Shown here: positions 53,001 through 62,000 of the stretch, piece after piece
Layout: every line of letters starts with the position of its first letter
Numbering within the stretch: position 1 is the first letter of the stretch
Made by a program: the position numbers and the translations under genes
Notes under the pieces: model-generated
What the model was told of the DNA's origin: nothing
Databases searched by the model: none
Seen by the model: only the letters and a program-made list of their open reading frames with translations
Source: Balanoglossus misakiensis
Taxonomy: Eukaryota; Animalia; Hemichordata
Direction of reading: 5' to 3'
NCBI GenBank assembly: GCA_040954595.2
Contig: CM082593.2
Span: 8,751,200 to 8,815,199 of the forward strand
DNA: 64,000 bases

Positions 53001-56000
53001 CCTTTACACCGGCTCAGGTCTGGCCGGAAAAGCCGTCTCAAATCTGAGCCGTTTCAGAACCACTATACACCATCCACACGTGTGTTTTTTAAGACGGTAT
53101 CTGATCTGAGACGCTTCAGAACCGTCTTAATGGTGTGTGTGTGACCCCCATATAACATGGGATTTTGTCAGGGCCTGCTACAGGGGCTATTTATTTTGGC
53201 TTTACATGTCAACACTTTTATTTTGCTTGTACAGTATCTGCCACTCTACTAATTGCATGTTTCATGTCCTGTCTGTCAGAATTACACAGGTCCTGTCTGT
53301 ATAGTACATGCTTCTGATGTGGACCTGGGGATAAATGGAGAAGTGACCTATTCAATCAAACAAAACCCAGCTGATCCCTTAAAGACATGGGAGCGTTTTT
53401 CAATCGATGAAATTACTGGAGAAATCAATATTACTGAAGTTACTGATAGAGAAGTTATACCAACATATTCTGTAAGTATAACCATGGACAGTTGCTCTCC
53501 TATAACTATGGTGTATTTAAACCCAAATTTAAAGAGAACATCAATTTCAAAGATTCACTTAAATGGACAAAGTCTCTCTCTGAGTCTCGCTGCCCACTTT
53601 CCATTAATTATGTTTGATACAAGACACTTTTTATGTTATTCTACATGTCGATATATAGTGAATGAATGTTCGACCATACACAACCTCTGTCCTGTTTGGA
53701 GGATATGAGAGTAAAAATCCCGCCCAAATGAATAAATGGTTATTCATTGTGGCGAGTTTTACACTCATGTGTCTGCAATCGTGATGGAGGTTGCTTGTGT
53801 TCGCACGTTGATTCACCATATACCCAGGTGTAGAATAACATAAACAGTGTCTTGTATCAATCATAATTAATGGAAAAAGGGCAGCGAGAGATAGACTTTG
53901 TCCCTTTAAAGACAACATCATTTCAAAGATTCACTTGAAGGTTGACGATTGTCTTTGTACAAACATTAAGTCCATTCAAAATGTTCTGCAAATTTTGCAT
54001 TCAACACATTCAAATAGTGGATTGCCTACACTTCCTTTCGTAGACTTTAATTTTGTCCCTTCTTTCACCCATCTGCTGTATTTTCCTGATCTCTAACACA
54101 GACTATTGTCACTGCCATCTTGTCTGTTGTTAGGACAGCACACTGCTTTATGGCATAGACTAGGCTAGGCCTACATGGGTATACAATCTTTTATAACCAG
54201 AGTCTCTGGTTTGGCACATATTAAAAGATGATCATTGCCCTTAAACATCATATTATGGATTATGGATATGTCACTTGAAATCCATCTTTCAGAAGGATAA
54301 TTTCATGAAATCATCTGCTTTATCAAAAGCCTTGATCAGATATTTGTTTAGGACATCACAACAGATCCGTACTGTGACTCAAAGATGTGGAAGTTCTTGA
54401 CTATGTGACTGTATACTTTGATTCGTGGAATTTTACTTGTTGACCCTTGACCCATGGTGAAATGGTTTGTTTTGTTCAGATTAGAAGTTTTCCTGAGAGT
54501 CTCTGTGTGCCACATGTGTATAGTGTGTATTCTTTTATAATTATGGTTTATAATTCAAAGCCTGAATAGCTGCCAATTGTAGCATATTTTTAGTTGATAA
54601 AATACTTCAATCTTCCCCGTTAAGGATCCTTAGTCGACTGACAATATTTTTTTGAATGTGTGGGATTCTAAATCCAATGTATGCATACCACAATATAGTC
54701 AAACCTGTGTATAGTGGCCAGTCAAGGGACTTTCATAAACTGGCCTTTATAGACAGGTGGCTTCTATACACAGGTCAATGAATGTGCAATGTACATTTAC
54801 ATGAACTGAAACAAAGTTGCCACTATATAGAGGTGATCACTATACAGTACAGTCATATAATATGTTTGTGTATGTATACTCACCAGTTGCCGTAACTCAC
54901 TTTAACCCCTTGACAACCATTAATTATCTTTGTAATCATATATATATACATGTACCAGAGAAACCATAGATTCCATTTACGGTAGTTTATGACATTTATT
55001 TACGGCACCCAAGGTATATAACTAATTGTCCATTTTTTTTCTAGCACTTAAGGTAGTCAAGGGGTTAATGGGACCATTTCAGTTCAAAAGTAAATTCATA
55101 TTTTTTTGAATGGTAGCTATTGGGGCTTTAAATTGTAATCACATTCTTACTTTTTGAATATCAGTAATTTAAAACATTGACCATTACCACTAAAACTTTG
55201 GAGGTATTGTGACCAAGGGTTCACTCCAATGTGGGCGCTCATATTCCACACGTCACTCCCAGACCAAGGAATGTACAGCACTCAATATTTCCAGTATGCA
55301 ACCAAGATTTATTCCACAAATATAGACACACATGGGGAACGATTACAACGAAAACCCCTACCACTATGTAGTTTTAACGGAGAGAAGCAGGCCTCCAAAA
55401 TCACCGTCGTCTACGGACCATATCACTGCCACAACGGAACCGCACGGTTGTGCGTAACAAAATGAATTGAAGAACTGCGTGGCATAAATTTGAGGGTCTT
55501 TTATAGTGCATACCTGGTGGCTGTGATGCAAATGCAAATTACCATGCGCAGGACATGTTATGTACGATCAATAAACATTATTGAAAGAGTCCAATTGAAA
55601 CAAAAACAAAACATCCAAAAATTTTAATTCATTTGTCACCGTATGTCAATTAAGCTACTGGTCTTATCAGTACTTAGACTGGTGATGAAAAGAATAACCT
55701 TTCTGTATCTTACAAATATATGAAGTTCTGAATTAATTCCTGTTCAATTCCAATCATTGCAGTTGATTATCGTGGCCACTGATCAAGGTGATCCCAACCC
55801 GCTTTCCTCAGAGTTGAACTTACAAGTCGTCATTGAAGATGAGGATGACAATAATCCTGAATTTCCACGAGATGAGGTAGGTACAAGTTATCCTAGATCT
55901 GAAATATGCAAAGTGACTACTGTAAAACATGTTATTTTTGTGAGTTGCAATTTTCGCGATATCGAGAGAGGCCACTGTTACGCGAGTATTAATTTTCGCG

Positions 56001-59000
56001 TTCTTGTACTGCAACGTTATCTTCGAAAACCTACTACTGTACGCTTATTTGTCGCATTTGTAGCAAGATTCTTGCCCACAAACCACAATGTTCAAACAAA
56101 TTGCACGATGTGTAGAAAAACATGAAACTGCAATCATTTTAATAAATTACCTGCACTTTCAAACTGAAAACAGTTTGTTGTGTATGTGTTTGACTATCAT
56201 TCTATTACTAGTATTTACCACATTGTCTGTATATTTACGCAAGTCTTTATGTTTGTGTTTTTTTGGCTCTCGCATATTTCGCGTAAATTTATTGCTCGCG
56301 AAAATAACCTGTTTTACAAAATTCCCACCAGCACCGAGCAAGTGATCACTGTCATTATGGACATTGAAAAGTATAGAGGGCAATAATTTAATTTGGAAAA
56401 TCTGTACTTGAGGTGCATGCTACCTTTAATAGAAAACTCACTGTAATACAGAAGTTAGCTTTGTTTGTCTTTTTAAGGAAGCGCACGCAGAACATGATCT
56501 GGTAAACTGTGTGAACTTGTGCGCATGTGTCTCTTCCCATAGGATTACATTGAAATTGCTAGATCTCACTTCTACTATCGTCATTTTCATGACATTTTAC
56601 ACGTAGGTCAGTCAAGTAAAAATAAATTCATCGGTCAAATAAAATTGTATGGTAACACATGCTCTATTTTGAGATAAACTTCATTAAATATTTTGCCCAT
56701 AGACATACCAACAGCAAAAAATGTGGACTCAGCAGTTTTCATTAATTATCAACTAAATTCGCAGCCTTGTATTAAAAACAAGTGTCTGTTTTTACATTTC
56801 AGAATGAGATGCCAATTCCTGATATATTGGAGCCAAAAGAAGAGCAAGATTATGGTGATAACAGTATTGGTACTGTAAGAGAAGCTGATGATAAAGACAC
56901 AGAAGAGAATTCTAAAAATTACTACTTTATAATAGGTATGTAGGAGATTATTTAAAGGCAAAGTTTTAAAGTGAAGGGGTCGTCACGCCGCATTTGTTTG
57001 TTTATAAACATTACAATTCATCCACAAATCCCTGAAATTAGATAATGCTTAGAATGGACGAAGCAGCCAACCGCAGCGAAGACTGGGCATGACAGAAACT
57101 GAAGATCTTTAATAGTAGGTCTTGACGACTGCAGTGGGGTTTGTGCTGGTATGGGAGGATATATTCTCATCAAGGGGGACACCCACGCGGCGCGACGACC
57201 CATTCCCTTTAAATTGCACAGACCAGTATGAGGTGGGGTGATTTTTTTTGCCGGGAACCAGCTGTATTTTCAGTGTTAGATTATCTCTTTGACAAATGTC
57301 AAAATTGGGATCATTCAATTCATTTGGCCATAATCACAGATGACCAGGCTCTATTCTGTAATATGAGGTTATTTTTACCGGTTTCATTCGGCCATGATTT
57401 TGTTCTTTTATGCCATTTTATTGATCCATTGGGGAAATCAAGTCACTGACCGTAACTTCTCTTTGTAAATTTTACTCTATCTGCATATGTTGAAAATTCA
57501 TGTGTTTTCAATGACTGTTTCAGCTGGAAATGAAGAAGGAATATTCGAATTGGATAAAGACACACGCGAGATATTTACAACTAAAATTCTGGATCGAGAA
57601 ATCATACCACAATATGAATTGACAGTAAAAGCTGACCCTAATCCTGACTATGATCCCAATACCTACGAGTTCATTCCCGACCTTGGCATTGGCGATGCAG
57701 ATTATTGGATTGATACCACATTGCAATTGGTGATTATTGATGTCGAAGATATCAATGACAACAGTCCAGTTTTCAAAAAGATTCTCTACACTGCAGGTTA
57801 GTGAGTTTGTTTTGAGTATCAGTATCCTCTGCATTATTCACACTTCTGTGAAATATGATAAATGAAGAGGAGAAGATTGTTGAATCATTGATTCAGAAAT
57901 ATTTCTGTTGTAGGATTGTGTTGATTAAGCATGAGTTGATTTACAAAGAAGATTTAAGATCACCATGTGGTTGCCAAACCAGAAATTATAAAAAAAAACA
58001 AGATTGTGAACACTGTATTGTTTTCTTTATTTTCCAAAAGACTTCATATACACTTTATTATAGCAAAGACTTGAAAATCTGTCCGTGAACTACCAAACAG
58101 TTATTTCCATAGTAGAGAAAAACCTGTCTAAACCAAACACCAAAAGGTCTGAGAAATTGTGGTTTGCAGAGGTGTCCGGTTATAGAGGTTATTTTAAGGT
58201 GGCATTGCATGAAAAGTTGTGATTTTTGCCAAATTTTACTTTTTTACATAAATCGGTAGGCCTAATACTGACCCACACCCTGACTAATTCGTCTTGGCGG
58301 AAATGGTGCACAATCACCCCAAAATAGCATTTTTCTGAATGAGTTCACAGCTTCACAAATAGGTGTCAACAATGCAAATGGCCGTTTTTCTCAGTTTGCA
58401 TTTTCGCTGCTCTTGACAACTTCAGACGAAAATAGCTTCGCTCTGTGTTGGCCGAATTTGCTCAAATTTTAACTGGGGATTGTGTATGACCCATCCAACA
58501 AAACGGTATTTTTGTTAGTCGATAAAAAGTCCCTGGCAGGAATAAACTCTGATTCAATACAACTCACCGTGAATTTGATCAAATTTTACTAAAAATCTAA
58601 CTTTCAAAAGCTGTTACTCCTCAATGGAAGCAGATAACGCAAAACAAAATAACCGTTTTTTTGCATGTGTACTCTAGTTTCGAATGACATATTAAGATGC
58701 ATGATGCATGGTCAACTTTTTTACCTATTTTAAATTTCATGACATAATATCAAAAAATGGGTTTTTTCACCCAAAATCGCCACCATTTCCGGGGATCAAT
58801 AATATTCACAACTAAAACAAAAGTTCAAAATCTCAGCTTCCAGAATATATATGGTTTATGGGGGTTTTAACTTTGTCTTTGATGAGAAATAGGCCTCTGA
58901 AAAAGTCTCGACGGTTTCATGCAATGCCACATTAATATGTGGTTCTATATCAAAGGGGTGGAGAAAGGTGTTCAGTATAGACAGGTTTCCAGATTAAACA

Positions 59001-62000
59001 GGTTTGACTGTATAATCTTAAATACTGTATTGCTTTTACAGACTAATCATTACTGCATTGCTTCATTGTAAGATGTTTTTCTGCTGGACTATAAAACAGG
59101 GTGCTTTGAGAATGAAATTGAGTTCATAGGGGCTGACTGTTTAATACATTTCCGAAAGTCTCATCATTCCACTGTGTTGTCCACTCTAGGTGTGTCTACA
59201 GACACAGAGTATGGTGCCTCTGTCACAACAGTTGAAGCAACTGATGCAGACGAAGGCAACAATGCTGTAGTTCGCTATGCAATGATAGAATTGGTATGCC
59301 GTCTGGATGGTGGTAAGTCTGAAACAATGTAAAACGGGAAATTTTCGTGATAACAACAGAGGTGACTTGACCGCCGCTATTAATTTTCACGTTCTCTTTA
59401 TCTCCGACAAACATTCTATTGTACACATTGTTCTTCCTAGACTATTTATTATCACGTTATTCTTTGCTCTGCAAAGTTCGCGAATGTATTGTTCACAAAA
59501 ATTTCCTGTTTTACAGTATTTCAATTATTATCAGACGAGTGTTTTTTTGCTATGGTTGGGAATGTTGGGAAATGATTTGGTTACAATTCCCATTTGTGAA
59601 GTTCATGACAATATAATTTAATTATGCCAAAAAAATTTCAATGGAAAACTTTCTATAAATTTTATTTTTGTATCACCTGACCATTATTTTGGAAATGTAT
59701 GTTTGTTTTACAAATGAAGGATTTAGAAAAAAATACTTGAAAAATGGTTGTTAAAAAAACAATCTGAAAATTATTGACGTGTACATTTGTATATTGTTGA
59801 CAAAAATGTGCCTGAGATTTTTAAAAGAAGTATTTAGTTCTTTTCACAATTGTAAATCACAACTCGAGATATCACTTTTGTCATTAGAAAGTTTGTTTAA
59901 ATTGTCATAATTCAAATTCTAAGAAAATTAGACAAATTATGAGACTTTATTTTAGAGAAAAATCTACTTTTGAAAATTAGCCACTGCCACTAGTGCCAGG
60001 TGTCTTAACCCTTTCACCCCAATCCAAATATAGAGGTCCAACCTTACCATAGAAAACAATGGATTTGGACCAAACAATTGTGGTGAAAGGGTTAGCAAAC
60101 CCCATTTGTAAAAACATTTGTAAACGCACATATATTATTCGTGATTGGTTGAGAATGTACCCAAGACTCTCTCTGTCATTGGCTACTGGAGCAATCTTTT
60201 GCATAGTTCCAAGGAAACTGCGCCCCCTTTCTTCACAGGAAAGTCAGTCTTTTCACATGTAGGTCAGTTTATATAATGATTTTTATTGGTTTGAACTGTG
60301 GACCAACAAATGTTTTGACAAGAGCATGAACTCCACCACTCCATTGCTGCATGAGTCTGAAGGCAGTCCCTAGCCCTTCAGGATGTCATGCCTTGGCAAG
60401 TCTCTGTAGCACCTGTAGTTGCATGCTCCTGAATTCCATGAATGGATCTCCACAACCACAAATTCAGGATGTACGCGCAGAACATAAACCAGAAAACTGC
60501 GTGCACTCATCTTTTTCCCATAGGATTACATTGATAATTTCAACAATTAAAAGAAATGACAATACTTTCAATTTTACTGTACATACATCCTTAACTGCAC
60601 TTTATGTGATTTTGTTATTTTTTTTCACAGACAAGAATCCTACATCTTGTTCATCATCCAATCCAGCTGATTGGCCCTTCATCTTCAAAGATCCATATGA
60701 TGGTATTGTTTATACCAATGTCATATTCGAACCAGGATGGACTGGCTATTTTGATCTGATTGCCAATGCTTCAGATATTGACGACCAAGGAGATGAAACT
60801 GAAATCTCAGTGAGTTTAACACTAGTTTATAATTTTTTTTACTCTTAACACCACACAATGCATTCACTTATATGTGCTGCACTACAGAACTTTTCCACAA
60901 GTTTTTACCCGCATATAATAAGGCCAATGTGGTTGCTAAGGATGTAAATAATTTACATCCTTAGCAACCACATTGACTTACATCCTTAGCAACCACATTG
61001 ACCTACATCCTTAGCAACCACACTGACCTAAATTCTTAGCAACCACATTGACCTACATCCTTAGCAACATTGCATTCAACTTACAGACTTTGGCAGTTGG
61101 CCTCAAACGTGGGAAGTGAAAGCAAATAAATCCATCGATATTGTTATTTTTGACATCCCTATCGAACTCTGTTAAAATTTTGGGTAAAGTTCCTAGTCTT
61201 GTATATGACTTGTCAGTTTTATTAAACAGCGTCAGTCGCTGTTTCCAATATGTTCATGGTAGTTCAACCCCTCTTAAATGTTCTTTGCAACATACACTGA
61301 TGTACTCAACCGGGTAGTAGCATCCAAATTCTGTAACAAGAAAGGACAAATTTCACATCCTTGTCCCAAGCAGTCTTCTCCCCAGGAATTTCTGATACAG
61401 TAGCGGGTAATTTGCAAAACAATATAATTATGATTACCGGTATGACCATCATTTTATTATAAACACAGTCAGGGAGGGACATCCATACTTCATAATTCAG
61501 AATATTCTGAAGTGTACAAGTTCAAGCTTGGTCTTATTTGGATCTTCTGAATTGAACTGCCCTCTTGGACTCTACCATTCTCTTGTGGTGTTGGTAGCCT
61601 TGGGTTTAGGGTTAGGGTTAGGATTAGGGTTATGACTGTATTCAAAATGACTAAAGTAGTTTAGTTTTGTGAATTAAGTAGAGTTTCGGTTTTCAAATAA
61701 AGTCACTTTAAAGTCATTTTGAATGAAGTCGTAACCATATGCTAATGCTAACCCTCACCCTAATGCTAACCATCGCCACCAGAGAATGGTAGAGTCCAAA
61801 GGGGGCAGTTCAGTTCAAAAGATCCTTATAATACTTCGCATATGAGTGCCCACACTTCCAAGTCTGAATCAGTGTTGTTGGTAACTGGAGAATGCATTTG
61901 GTGAGAGATACCATTCACCATGGATGTGATATTCATACATGCATTGTTAGGCACAATGTGCATGACATCAAAACTGTCCTTCCAGCTGTGAATTCATATG

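Noticed and set aside
60953-61070. Possible CRISPR repeats (25 bp)
   Set aside because: Contiguous units without spacers; a minisatellite.
61605-61632. Telomere or chromosome-fusion relic
   Set aside because: Only ~4 units, embedded in the arms of a MITE.
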